From a virus (Duplodnaviria; Caudoviricetes): a DNA stretch of 62,436 nt. The notes under the pieces are model-generated. The model did no database searches. It was not told where the DNA came from and saw only the letters and a list, made by a program, of their open reading frames with translations. Numbering within the stretch: position 1 is the first letter of the stretch; every line of letters begins with the position of its first letter. Shown here in pieces: positions 20,785 to 30,547 of the stretch. Both the position numbers and the translations under genes were made by a program. The stretch is from positions 1 through 62,436 of IMG/VR virus record IMGVR_UViG_3300023440_000005, one strand, 5' to 3'.

Positions 20785-21016
20785 TCCTATCTAACCTTGC
20801 ATAAATAGCATCTTTACTTAACGTTTCTACATTTGAAATTACGCCAATTAGCCTTTCTTCAGTATTAAGATGTATATAGAATCTACCACCATTTTTATAG
20901 AAGGCTTCATACCAATCAATATCCATGGTAGCTTTATGAAATAAGTATATTATCTGATCTTTACTTATCCCAAGTTCTGTAATTAGTTTAAGGAATGCTG
21001 CATCTTTTTCAATCAT
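20762..21016 (-). CDS. Hypothetical protein
   Basis: 84-aa ORF filling the gap, protein-like composition. Confidence 0.5.
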   Translation of the reverse strand: MIEKDAAFLKLITELGISKDQIIYLFHKATMDIDWYEAFYKNGGRFYIHLNTEERLIGVISNVETLSKDAIYARLDRISKLIMH

Positions 21017-21030
21017 TTTAAATCTCTCTT

Positions 21031-21849
21031 ATGAATATTATTATTAAAGCACTAGATACTATCGGATTTACAATACCTACTGATCTACTTAAGGTTTGTT
21101 TTATTGACCCTCTAAAAGGATTTAGAGGGTCACCCCTCAATCTGAATGAGATTATCCTAAACAAAGTCATGAGACCTAGGGTTCTTATAGATGCCAATCT
21201 AGTAGGTGGTGAGGAAATAATCATCAATCTAGATGGTATACCACATAGAACGATAGATAACTATAGCGTTATCTATGAAATACCTACTGCAACCGTTAAC
21301 TATAGAACGATACTTAATGTTCTTAGTGTAGGTTATGGTCAAGCTACTACTATTAACTACGCGCCATATCTAGGGGCGTATGATAATAGTAGCTATGGTT
21401 CTAATGAAGTGCTTAAAACTGCTAGTAGGGTTGGAGATAGCTTAAGTAGTGTCCCCAACGTTAGTACAGCTAAAGCTGACATTGTTGGTCATAACACTAT
21501 AGTCATATACGATCAGGCTGGTATTGCTGGATTTTACATGCTCAGATGTCTAGTAGCTAATGAAGAGAATCTTAACAATATTTCACCTAGATCGTACTTA
21601 GCATTTAGTGAGTTATGTGTATTAGCTGTAAAAGCCTATATATATAATAGTATGATAATTAAGATAGATAAATCATATCTATTAGGGGGTCAGGATCTAG
21701 GTTCTATTAAGAATATTATAGATTCTTATAGTGATTCTGAAGAGATGTATAATACATATCTACATGAAGTATGGTCCAAAGTAGCATATATGAACGATAC
21801 TCCTAGACATGATAGGTTTATTAAAATGCAACTTAATAGTGCTCTCTAG
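21031..21849 (+). CDS. Conserved virion protein (phiKZ gp52-like)
   Basis: 272 aa; MN.I.KALD.I.FTIP..LL, RPRVLIDANLVGG, LAVKAYIYN pattern. Confidence 0.6.
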   Translation: MNIIIKALDTIGFTIPTDLLKVCFIDPLKGFRGSPLNLNEIILNKVMRPRVLIDANLVGGEEIIINLDGIPHRTIDNYSVIYEIPTATVNYRTILNVLSVGYGQATTINYAPYLGAYDNSSYGSNEVLKTASRVGDSLSSVPNVSTAKADIVGHNTIVIYDQAGIAGFYMLRCLVANEENLNNISPRSYLAFSELCVLAVKAYIYNSMIIKIDKSYLLGGQDLGSIKNIIDSYSDSEEMYNTYLHEVWSKVAYMNDTPRHDRFIKMQLNSAL

Positions 21850-22191
21850 TTAGTATTTTTTATATACAGCTAAACCTCTAGTAACTAAATCATCATTGAT
21901 AGATGTCCCATCTTGATAAAATAACTCTGCTATATATCTACCGTATTTACCCTTTTTATCTCGTATTGTTTTTATTTTTATAGTCTTGCCTAGAATTTGA
22001 CTCCTAAGAAAATCCCTTGATATAATACCTTTAGATCGCTCAACACCTCTCATCTCAGGGGCGTTTATACGAGATAGTCTTAATGTCACCCTTGTAAATG
22101 TTAGACTAAATCCAAGGTCTATATCTACCTTAACCGTATCACCATCGTATACAGATATAACTTTACCAATATAATTATATAATTCACTCAT
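21850..22191 (-). CDS. Staphylococcal nuclease (thermonuclease) family protein
   Basis: VYDGDT, RL.RINAPE, GKYGRYIA, NDDLV..GLA; no signal peptide. Confidence 0.9.
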   Translation of the reverse strand: MSELYNYIGKVISVYDGDTVKVDIDLGFSLTFTRVTLRLSRINAPEMRGVERSKGIISRDFLRSQILGKTIKIKTIRDKKGKYGRYIAELFYQDGTSINDDLVTRGLAVYKKY

Positions 22192-22206
22192 TTGAAGGAT
22201 ACTCCT

Positions 22207-23406
22207 ATGTTAAAAGAAATTGAAGAACACAGCTATGCATTAGAATGCGCACTATCAGACTATAATGTCAGCTCTGTATGTCTAGAACAGTTACTAGTCT
22301 CAGATAGTAATATAGTGTTAGAGACTAGTGATATCGTTATGGCGCCTATAATCCATAGATATAATATTTCTATGGAGGATGGCGTTTTATCCACAATATA
22401 TGAAACTATTAAAAAGATAGTCTCAACTATCTTTAACACATTAATGACTATGTTTAAAAAGATAGCGCACTGGTTAGGTATAACACATGAGGATAATATC
22501 TACCCACTATCAGGAAGTGATGATGATCAAGGTGGAGAAAAGGTAACTGGCAATTCTTCAAAATCCCAAACTGATCCATTCAAGAGTATAACATTTGAAG
22601 CTAAACGATTAATGCTCAATATGGATAAAGGAGATTCTGATAAGTTTGGAGAGTATATGTTAAAACGTAATCAGACTTCACATCTTTACAGACAGCATCT
22701 TCTAGAAATTAAACAATCCCTGTTTATCATTAATAATGCTATTAATGATTACGTTAATACTTGGAGTACCATTGATATTGATTCAGATATTAAAGATTTC
22801 AAGATGCCAGATGAATTAGAGATTCTAGTTATTAAACAATCAGAAGATCTCATTGCCAACCTCCCTATTGCTTCCCAATATAGCGATTTTGTTCTTACTA
22901 ACGATTTTAGTAACTTCGGCGGTACTAAAGATTTATTCGGTGGTGAGATATCTATATTACAATTGGTAGATATCGATGGCAATTATATGCCACTAATATC
23001 CAATGGTAAAGCAGATAGTGAATTATCTAGTAAGTCACAGTTAGTAGATACGAAGGATTTAAAATCAATAGTAAAACAACTAGAACAAGCAAAAAAAGAT
23101 GTTAATTCATTTGATAATCATATTGAGGCTATTTCTAGACATATAGATACAACACGAAAGAATATGACTAAATCATTAATCCGTCAGAAGTCTTTTCTAG
23201 GTAGTAAGTATAAAGGAAACGCTGATTTAAAGAAGGTTCAAGAATCTTTAGATGCCATAGGTGCTAATGTAAGATATACCTTAAAAAGTTTAAGTTCGAT
23301 TAGTAAGATTGTTGCTACTGGTTTTGTAGTAGCTAAGAATGATACTGATGCCCTAAGTGACTATGTGGCAAGTTGTAACGCTCAATTAAACCCCACAAGT
23401 AAATAA
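22207..23406 (+). CDS. Putative internal head protein with protease-cleaved propeptide; start probably MLKEI
   Basis: AAGGA RBS before the ATG at 22207; ALE and SME|DG motifs followed by amphipathic IYETIKKIVSTIF, typical of phiKZ inner-head paralogs. Confidence 0.6.
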   Translation: MLKEIEEHSYALECALSDYNVSSVCLEQLLVSDSNIVLETSDIVMAPIIHRYNISMEDGVLSTIYETIKKIVSTIFNTLMTMFKKIAHWLGITHEDNIYPLSGSDDDQGGEKVTGNSSKSQTDPFKSITFEAKRLMLNMDKGDSDKFGEYMLKRNQTSHLYRQHLLEIKQSLFIINNAINDYVNTWSTIDIDSDIKDFKMPDELEILVIKQSEDLIANLPIASQYSDFVLTNDFSNFGGTKDLFGGEISILQLVDIDGNYMPLISNGKADSELSSKSQLVDTKDLKSIVKQLEQAKKDVNSFDNHIEAISRHIDTTRKNMTKSLIRQKSFLGSKYKGNADLKKVQESLDAIGANVRYTLKSLSSISKIVATGFVVAKNDTDALSDYVASCNAQLNPTSK

Positions 23407-23417
23407 CTCCCACCTAC

Positions 23418-23449
23418 TATAAGGTATCCAAGATCTTGGATACCTTATA
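23418..23449. terminator. Perfect 32-bp palindrome
   Basis: TATAAGGTATCCAAGA/TCTTGGATACCTTATA. Confidence 0.6.
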
Positions 23450-23468
23450 ATATCTCTAGGATAAAAAA

Positions 23469-24653
23469 ATGATAGAAGCTATAAACTACTCCTTAGAATC
23501 AGCAATTGCTGATATTAACATCATGATGGTAACGCAGAGGCGGTTATTAAATAATGATGGTATCAACACCACATCTAAGATGGGTGAAGTCGTACTAAAC
23601 TCTATGAATCATACATATAGACTATCACTAGAAGATGGCGATGATGGCATCATAAGCAGAATATGGAAAGGTATACTCAAAATGTTATCGGTTATTGGGG
23701 GAACCTTTAGTAAGTTCTTTAAATATATGCTAGGTGGGTTTAATAATGAATCCATAACTGATAAAATAGATTCTGCAGCTAACATATCCCATCCGAACAA
23801 AACTGCTGATCGTAAACTAGATCTGAGTGTAAAATTAAATGTGAAACTAAAACCTATAGGTTCCACTACTCTATTTAGTCGTGCATTAATAAGTAACTAC
23901 CAATCGCTTCTATATGATATTTCAGATCTCCTAAATGATATATGTACGAATGCTATACTAGATTCCATGCAGCTGATGAAAGATATCAGACACGCTATGA
24001 AGGGAGATTTCGTCATATCGGATAATGCTAAAGAGGGACTTGATAACCTATTAAATATTCCAACGGGTGAAATAGAAAAGGTCTTTATGCTAGGTCTAGC
24101 TGCTGGATTTGACGGTCCTAAAAGTAGTATGTCTTATTTAGGAGTGGATGGTATAGCCGAGGGTAAAATAGTAAAAGTAGAGAAATATGAGGATTTAGAA
24201 AATATAAATTTGCCTGATGAAAAGAGTATAGCAGCACTTATTGATGTTATTTCATCTATTATGGACAATAAAGATCCTATTGAACTAGCCCTTAACAATC
24301 TTGATAAGGTTATAAAACTAGATCTAAAATCAAGGGCTGTCCAGGCTAAAAAGATACTTGAGTTAAATAAACTTATAGCTAATACCAAAACATCGGATAA
24401 TAATTTAGATGATATAAATAAACATATGATGATACTGTCTGAAAGAACAAGATTGTTATCTAAGGTATTTTTTAGTATAGAGAGGGTGTCTATAGATGCT
24501 TCTAACATATATAATGATATTAAAAATTTAGCCCCTAAGGTATATGAGGAAGCTATAAAAGAATATACCAAACAAGGCTTCATGTTATCTAAAGATATGA
24601 AAATAGTACCTTATGAGGAAGGGATAAAACCATTCATGTTTAGAGACATGTAG
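23469..24653 (+). CDS. Putative internal head protein, paralog-like to the upstream gene
   Basis: SLES and SLE|DG motifs followed by IISRIWKGILKML...FFK. Confidence 0.6.
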   Translation: MIEAINYSLESAIADINIMMVTQRRLLNNDGINTTSKMGEVVLNSMNHTYRLSLEDGDDGIISRIWKGILKMLSVIGGTFSKFFKYMLGGFNNESITDKIDSAANISHPNKTADRKLDLSVKLNVKLKPIGSTTLFSRALISNYQSLLYDISDLLNDICTNAILDSMQLMKDIRHAMKGDFVISDNAKEGLDNLLNIPTGEIEKVFMLGLAAGFDGPKSSMSYLGVDGIAEGKIVKVEKYEDLENINLPDEKSIAALIDVISSIMDNKDPIELALNNLDKVIKLDLKSRAVQAKKILELNKLIANTKTSDNNLDDINKHMMILSERTRLLSKVFFSIERVSIDASNIYNDIKNLAPKVYEEAIKEYTKQGFMLSKDMKIVPYEEGIKPFMFRDM

Positions 24654-24657
24654 TCAA

Positions 24658-24702
24658 TAACTAACACCCTACTACCTATGATAGGTAGTAGGGTGTTAGT
24701 TA
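24658..24702. terminator. Bidirectional terminator-like hairpin between convergent genes
   Basis: 22-bp arms TAACTAACACCCTACTACCTAT-G-ATAGGTAGTAGGGTGTTAGTTA. Confidence 0.7.
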
Positions 24703-24708
24703 GGTTGT

Positions 24709-24933
24709 TTAAATCCTTAACCCTTCAAATTTTATACAACTACCACATAGAAATCTATGACATTCAGTAATGACTTCGCCATTTCTAACATAGAAGGTTA
24801 TTTGATTTACGGTCTTATTAAGCTGTATTTTATTACGTCTCATTAGTATATATTTATGTGATATTAAACATCCGCAATTTCTGCAATATTTATCGCGTAT
24901 AACTTTTTTTATTTTAAAATTATCTAAATTCAT
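24709..24933 (-). CDS. Small putative zinc-binding protein
   Basis: CRNC...CGSC pairs in 74 aa; directly after the DNA polymerase. Confidence 0.55.
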   Translation of the reverse strand: MNLDNFKIKKVIRDKYCRNCGCLISHKYILMRRNKIQLNKTVNQITFYVRNGEVITECHRFLCGSCIKFEGLRI

Positions 24934-24937
24934 TACA

Positions 24938-27055
24938 TTAACTATTTAAATCCTTCAGTAGTATATTAGGTTTAACGAAATAACCCAATGTTTCTAACAG
25001 CATTCGGTTAGCTCGTGTTATATCTAGGATGATCTTAGTAGTATTTATGATATTGAGTATCTCAATAGGGATGTTGAATGCATTAATGAAATCTACATTA
25101 ATATAAATAGTAGGTAAGGTGGTCTTTTTATGTTTAGTTAGCCATCCAATAACCCTATTCCTAAACTCACTATCCTCTATACTCGCTACCCATTTACTTA
25201 AACTAGTCTTGTTAATTAAAATAGTTGGTATTTTAACACACCCATATGGTGGTGGATCTATAGTACCGTATTTATCTTGAAAAACATCCATCCATAACAT
25301 GTGTTGTAAATAAGGTGTCTTAGCTGGATTATCATCACTATATCCCTCAGGCGACTTAATTTTACTTAGACTAAAGTATGTACTCTTACCCTTAATAAGT
25401 TCATCATATATCTTGGTTTCAATAGATATCAGATGGTCTAACTCATCTTGAATGGATATTTTTTTACCTTTAATAACTGTATTTAATATATTACTCATCT
25501 GTTTATGAGTATCTGCAGTTATATTCTTAGGGGCCATTGAAGCTTTGAGTAGAGATCCTTTAATCTCTAACGTAGGTTCATTCCAAACATTACCTTCTTG
25601 TATAAGTATACTAGTATAATAGTGCTTAGAAACTAACGCCTGTGCAAAAACTGGAAAGTTATACTCTGGCTTCATAGATAAAATATCCTTCTTATCATTA
25701 GGCACGCCTACATTAGCAGAAAAGATTCTTATAGAATGCTTAATAATCATCGTAGTTAAGAAACCTAATGTATTGGCTATAGCAAACCCTTTAGGTGTGA
25801 AGTCCAAGTTACCAAAATACCATAGTATCCAATTATCTGTACTGAATACCGTACTATCAGTATCTGATAGTACTACACATCTGCGTATCATATGTTTTAT
25901 TCTACTGACATTATTAGGTATGGATGGGGTTGTAAAAAATGCATGTAAAAGGTTATTATATTTCTGTAAGGATTCCTTTATATGTATAATAGTCCCGTAG
26001 AGACACCTTATTGTATCTAAATCCATATCCTTATGATTCATACCCTTACCTCTAACTTCATCCATACATATAACATGAGCTAGTGATATCATCAACTCAT
26101 CACTACCATCTATCACATCTAACATAGTAGGGATATCCACACCATCCAATGCATACTTACAAGATATCTCAGTTAACATATTACGTACTAAGAGATCGTT
26201 ATATAATCGTAAATGGTAAAGGTCTCCTAGGTATACAATAGCAGCTCTCTCAATAGGGTCAAGTTTAGAAACAAACTCTCTAATAGTTTTACTACCGACC
26301 TCATCTTTCCAATATAATTTAGTACTCCTATGTATACATTCCATAGTTTCATCTACAGTAGGGTGGTGTATATTATACTCCGCCATAATAGTAGTCAACT
26401 CTTCATTAGCTATACTAGAAAGATATATCACATTAGCTAAAGTCACATCTATATTATAATAATGCCTATTACCCTCTATGAACTTTTCATTATTAGCATT
26501 AGAGATTGATGACATAACCCTTACGGTTGATGTAAGGGTACTATGAGCTGTAGGATTAAGTAGGGTAGTGCCATCACTACAGAATGTACCAGATAAACTA
26601 TTGTTATAAAGTTTATAATTAGCTTGTTCGTTATGTTTAATACCGAAATCTTTATGTCTACCTTCAGACTTATATTTGAAAGCTAGCTTCTTGGCTTTAG
26701 ATCTTAGGGATATGTTCTGTTCAAGAAACCCCACCAGCATGGAAACCTCTTTCTTAGGGTTCATGTAACTGGTAAATGTAGGGGCTAGTATTTCTTCATT
26801 AGTTACTACATTATCTATATATTGTTTTAATCCTATTTTGGACTTTTCTACATCTTTATTTTCTTTGCGATGATAATACTCTACCGTGGGATTCTTTATA
26901 TTTTCGTTATTTTTATCCCTCACATAGACTCTAGCCTCCTCTAAAGATAGGTCAAGCATTTTAGATACATAAAAGGCACTTTGGTTTAGATATCCTTCTA
27001 GTGGATCTATATCTCTTTTATAGCTCTCAATTGGGTTTATAAATAAATTTGTCAT
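24938..27055 (-). CDS. Family B DNA polymerase, polymerase-domain subunit (phiKZ gp50-like)
   Basis: Motif B-like KLYNNSLSG, motif C SDTDS, KHYY, LEIKG; no recognisable exonuclease domain, as expected for the split enzyme of this group. Confidence 0.88.
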   Translation of the reverse strand: MTNLFINPIESYKRDIDPLEGYLNQSAFYVSKMLDLSLEEARVYVRDKNNENIKNPTVEYYHRKENKDVEKSKIGLKQYIDNVVTNEEILAPTFTSYMNPKKEVSMLVGFLEQNISLRSKAKKLAFKYKSEGRHKDFGIKHNEQANYKLYNNSLSGTFCSDGTTLLNPTAHSTLTSTVRVMSSISNANNEKFIEGNRHYYNIDVTLANVIYLSSIANEELTTIMAEYNIHHPTVDETMECIHRSTKLYWKDEVGSKTIREFVSKLDPIERAAIVYLGDLYHLRLYNDLLVRNMLTEISCKYALDGVDIPTMLDVIDGSDELMISLAHVICMDEVRGKGMNHKDMDLDTIRCLYGTIIHIKESLQKYNNLLHAFFTTPSIPNNVSRIKHMIRRCVVLSDTDSTVFSTDNWILWYFGNLDFTPKGFAIANTLGFLTTMIIKHSIRIFSANVGVPNDKKDILSMKPEYNFPVFAQALVSKHYYTSILIQEGNVWNEPTLEIKGSLLKASMAPKNITADTHKQMSNILNTVIKGKKISIQDELDHLISIETKIYDELIKGKSTYFSLSKIKSPEGYSDDNPAKTPYLQHMLWMDVFQDKYGTIDPPPYGCVKIPTILINKTSLSKWVASIEDSEFRNRVIGWLTKHKKTTLPTIYINVDFINAFNIPIEILNIINTTKIILDITRANRMLLETLGYFVKPNILLKDLNS

Positions 27056-27099
27056 TTTAAATATCCATGGTTAGCTCAGCTAATTAAGGTCTTGAATAA

Positions 27100-27137
27100 A
27101 AAAATACCTACAGGCCGTTAAGCCTGTAGGTATTTTT
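27100..27137 (-). terminator. Intrinsic terminator closing the tRNA transcript
   Basis: AAAAATACCTACAGGC-N6-GCCTGTAGGTATTTTT with T-runs on both strands. Confidence 0.8.
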
Positions 27138-27145
27138 ACAACAAG

Positions 27146-27238
27146 GAGTGGTCTTAGTACCGTAGTACTCAACCTTCGCATAAATTGATCTTACCAGGAT
27201 CTACGAGAGGTCTTTAGAATGTGTGACCAGCACATTCT
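27146..27238 (-). ncRNA. Candidate structured RNA between tRNA and terminator
   Basis: Three consecutive stem-loops on the - strand, one with a C(UACG)G tetraloop; possible UGGUC/GACCA pseudoknot. Confidence 0.4.
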
Positions 27239-27245
27239 TAAAAAA

Positions 27246-27321
27246 TGGTAAGCCCTATCAGTTTCGAACTGATACTCTTCCTATTATGAGTAGGATGCAT
27301 TAACCGTTATGCTAAGGGCTT
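27246..27321 (-). tRNA. tRNA with CAT anticodon (likely Ile2/lysidine type; elongator Met not excluded)
   Basis: 76-nt cloverleaf: acceptor AAGCCCT/AGGGCTT, D stem GCAT/ATGC, anticodon arm TCCTA-CTCATAA-TAGGA, T arm ATCAG-TTCGAAA-CTGAT, encoded ACCA. Confidence 0.93.
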
Positions 27322-27432
27322 GGAATTATATAACTACCATCATATATAGCATATATGATTGAATAACAGGATTATCTCAACTTAACCGTCCTTATCCCAT
27401 TCTATATACACTATATATATTTATTTATTACA

Positions 27433-28080
27433 TTATAATGCATATAGGTGTGAATAGTTTGATTCAAAGTATACCCTCTTTTCTAAAACGTATGGTAAGT
27501 CTTCATCTAATATAGGGTATTTAGCAATTTTTATTCCGGATTCTTTAAATGGTAAGATGGCACCGTTATTAAATTGCTCATCTAGTTTAACTGAACTATG
27601 TAGATGGTGTTTATATTGTACCTCAGTAATATCATTACACATAAGCAATGTTCGCAGTGTAGTTATAAAGGGCCCATTTTCAGTATCAATAGCTAATATT
27701 TTATTGATAACTTCATTACTTATAGTAGAGCTACTATTGTATAAAACACTATTGTGACATTTTACAAAACTACTATCTGATATATTAAGCGTCCCAACTA
27801 TCCAATGTCGTAGATATAGTTGTAAGTTTTTAACCTTTAACCCATCTAATGTTGGTGGTTTATTATTTATCATAATAAGCCTATGAGTTATGATTAAACT
27901 TCTAATCCTTTTGAATAGGATTGTTGGTAATTCTTCATTTATAGTCTCCGATACACTTGGGTAGTTATCCTTAAAGCATTTAATATATTTTTTTATGTTC
28001 ATTTTATACCCCATCTTTATTATGTTGGTTATAGTAATAATATTTACTATCCCATAATGATTAGATCCTATCCACGCCAC
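27433..28080 (-). CDS. Hypothetical protein; true start probably near 28002-28014
   Basis: ORF; the listed start lies inside a hairpin at 28065-28096. Confidence 0.55.
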   Translation of the reverse strand: MAWIGSNHYGIVNIITITNIIKMGYKMNIKKYIKCFKDNYPSVSETINEELPTILFKRIRSLIITHRLIMINNKPPTLDGLKVKNLQLYLRHWIVGTLNISDSSFVKCHNSVLYNSSSTISNEVINKILAIDTENGPFITTLRTLLMCNDITEVQYKHHLHSSVKLDEQFNNGAILPFKESGIKIAKYPILDEDLPYVLEKRVYFESNYSHLYAL

Positions 28081-28101
28081 TTAGTATGGATAGGATAAAT
28101 T

Positions 28102-28503
28102 CTAAAGCTGCTTTATATCAAAATTGGTATAACCCATGCCAGTTAGTACATCTCTTATCTTACTCATATCTTGTACTCCAACATTATGGATATTAACTTG
28201 AAAACTAATATCTGCGACTTGGGTTATACTTGGAACGTCTATCCATTGCTCTGCTAGGATTTCGGATGTTCCAGATAGTGTCTTAAACTGATAATAAACA
28301 TTAGATTTAGAATTATTAATAGTCCCTGAAGGTAGTACTGGATAGATGGCATTGTACAAAATATCAATATTACGAATCGCCATAGCTGATTCGTAATCCA
28401 TTATCCCAATTAACTTTACATTAGTGAACGCTGCGCCTAGTATGCCAGGCGACAGGGTGTTAAAGGTATAGTTATACCCTATACTTAATTTACTTATACT
28501 CAT
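28102..28503 (-). CDS. Conserved SH3-like jumbo-phage protein (phiKZ gp49 position)
   Basis: 133 aa; YTFNT.SP.ILG..F.NVK..GI.DY..A...WI pattern. Confidence 0.6.
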   Translation of the reverse strand: MSISKLSIGYNYTFNTLSPGILGAAFTNVKLIGIMDYESAMAIRNIDILYNAIYPVLPSGTINNSKSNVYYQFKTLSGTSEILAEQWIDVPSITQVADISFQVNIHNVGVQDMSKIRDVLTGMGYTNFDIKQL

Positions 28504-28508
28504 TTATT

Positions 28509-28925
28509 TTACTCCAAATACTGACTAATAACTATATAATCATGACTATATGCATCTAAAAGTATATAGCCCTTTTCATACAGGATTACTGCTTTAAAAA
28601 TATTAGTTATCACAGTGATACCAAACTCCATTAAAAGATCTATAAGTTTAGGTATATCCTCATCGATAACTACTTGTGATAACTCCTCTTCAAATTCAGG
28701 CATTAAATCTATAAGCCTGGATATAGATGATCCTATACAATCTACAACTGCAGAAGTTATGTAAGTAATACTTGTGTTGTATAGGTAATCCATAAGTATC
28801 TTAGAACTTCTATCAATAAGTACCTCCCCGGTTTCCCTATCCACAAGTCTTAAATCTTTAAGGTTATTCTTAAACGTGAGGGCGTTACTGCCAAGCCCTA
28901 CTATATACCTACCTATGATCGTCAT
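28509..28925 (-). CDS. Hypothetical protein, member of a small acidic paralog cluster
   Basis: Coupled ORF; size and terminal pattern shared with neighbours. Confidence 0.6.
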   Translation of the reverse strand: MTIIGRYIVGLGSNALTFKNNLKDLRLVDRETGEVLIDRSSKILMDYLYNTSITYITSAVVDCIGSSISRLIDLMPEFEEELSQVVIDEDIPKLIDLLMEFGITVITNIFKAVILYEKGYILLDAYSHDYIVISQYLE

Positions 28926-29269
28926 ATAACCTCCAAAACCATACTATATTCACCAACCCACTGTCTAAAGAGATATCCATCCCCATCATTAATATTAATA
29001 TTTGAGACTATTACACCATCTATGTCTGCTATCAGACATTCGATAATGAGAGTGAACGTTTCAACCTCTAATACTCCCGTAAAATGATACTCTTCTAAAA
29101 GATAGTTAATATCTTCAGAGTAATCTATAAACCGGTGTATTGATAGTACTCTTTCTAGAATTACTTTAAGGGGTATATCATCAAGGAGTTTCATAAAGTT
29201 CTCATATCCACTATATGTAATCATCACCTCTCTTAAATCAACTACCCATATAGATTTAATAGAACGCAT
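28922..29269 (-). CDS. Hypothetical protein, member of a small acidic paralog cluster
   Basis: Coupled ORF; WVVDLRE...YLFRQWVG..SMVL. Confidence 0.6.
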   Translation of the reverse strand: MRSIKSIWVVDLREVMITYSGYENFMKLLDDIPLKVILERVLSIHRFIDYSEDINYLLEEYHFTGVLEVETFTLIIECLIADIDGVIVSNININDGDGYLFRQWVGEYSMVLEVI

Positions 29270-29694
29270 TAGAAAACACCTATAAATACAGTATATTTAG
29301 TACCCCACCCTATAAATTCCGCGCTATAGTAGTCTAACGAACTATCATTACCAATAATCTGTCTATGCACCATAACTGCAACCCTTTGTATAGTTTCTAC
29401 TAAAGTTATATATATACCCTCCTCAATTGATCTAGGTCTTTCAATATGTTGGTTGATAACATCATATACGTTATCAACATAAGGGAAGGTCGATAGCAAA
29501 GTTTTCATTATGCTATCGACCTTCCCGTTGGTTAATTTATGAAATGATAGTTCTACTATACACTCTCTAATATCCACCAACTTTATATATTTTGGGGTTA
29601 TCAGACGGTAGTATTCAGCATCCAGGAAATAATCATCTATACATTTAGTTTTCATTATCTTGTAATCTATGCCAGTCATATATACGAAAGTCAA
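29269..29694 (-). CDS. Hypothetical protein, member of a small acidic paralog cluster
   Basis: Coupled ORF; LVDIRE...EFIGWG...TVFI. Confidence 0.6.
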   Translation of the reverse strand: MTFVYMTGIDYKIMKTKCIDDYFLDAEYYRLITPKYIKLVDIRECIVELSFHKLTNGKVDSIMKTLLSTFPYVDNVYDVINQHIERPRSIEEGIYITLVETIQRVAVMVHRQIIGNDSSLDYYSAEFIGWGTKYTVFIGVF

Positions 29695-30268
29695 TACTCT
29701 TCTCTATAATAAGAGAGTTATATTCAATTTTCTTAAAGAAAATATTCCAAGCACTATCCTGTATAAAGTTATAAGTCATTTCTATAAGAGTACTTATATG
29801 ATCTTCGATATAGTCTGTAGTCTCTACAGTTCCATAATATCCTTCGAATGTATTAACTATACTACCAAATCTACTATAACTACACCTTTGTTCTATAGTT
29901 GTTAGTATGATAACAACTATAGTCATGGCTATCATAGCTTGATAACTTGGTCCTATTGTTAAATTATTTCCGTAATATAAAATAGAGCTAGCCTTTAATA
30001 CCAATACTTCCACACCGCCTTTTATTTCATATACGTCTACCCTTTTATCTATTACTTCATGTAGATTATGAAATTGTACAAATCCTGATGGTGTTAAATA
30101 CCAATATTTAACAGTATCCTTAAGTATTGGGGTTATTTTATCTCCATTAAAAAGAGATTTACTATCATTTTTAATGAGGTGTTTAATAGGCTCTATATCT
30201 ATAGTAGAAGCTGCAACATTTACGTCTAACATTAATACACCTTTGGTTATCAAAAGTAATTTACTCAT
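29645..30268 (-). CDS. Conserved hypothetical protein
   Basis: 207-aa ORF; C-terminal FI...WNIF...LIIE...DFRIYDW. Confidence 0.6.
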   Translation of the reverse strand: MSKLLLITKGVLMLDVNVAASTIDIEPIKHLIKNDSKSLFNGDKITPILKDTVKYWYLTPSGFVQFHNLHEVIDKRVDVYEIKGGVEVLVLKASSILYYGNNLTIGPSYQAMIAMTIVVIILTTIEQRCSYSRFGSIVNTFEGYYGTVETTDYIEDHISTLIEMTYNFIQDSAWNIFFKKIEYNSLIIEKSIDFRIYDWHRLQDNEN

Positions 30269-30467
30269 ATCCGTTTCTATTTTTCTTACAACTATAGTCT
30301 TTGTTAATATTCTTTAATTTATTTTTCTTATGCCTTATCTTTTCTCTGACCTTAAACCACTTATTAGAATTTTCTTTTTTTTCTAGTAATACCACTTCTA
30401 GTTTAATGATAGCATTCTTAAGATTGCGGACTTTCGTTATAGGGTATTTGTGTTTATTATTCTGCAT
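30261..30467 (-). CDS. Small basic hypothetical protein
   Basis: 68 aa, Lys-rich; GGAGG RBS. Confidence 0.55.
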   Translation of the reverse strand: MQNNKHKYPITKVRNLKNAIIKLEVVLLEKKENSNKWFKVREKIRHKKNKLKNINKDYSCKKNRNGYE

Positions 30468-30488
30468 GATCTAACCTCCATAAAGGTA

Positions 30489-30515
30489 CATGGAAGAGCG
30501 GTAAGCTCTTCCATG
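30489..30515. terminator. Hairpin terminator
   Basis: CATGGAAGAGC-GGTAA-GCTCTTCCATG. Confidence 0.55.
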
Positions 30516-30547
30516 CAATTAACCTTAGTATTATTTTTTATTGGCTC

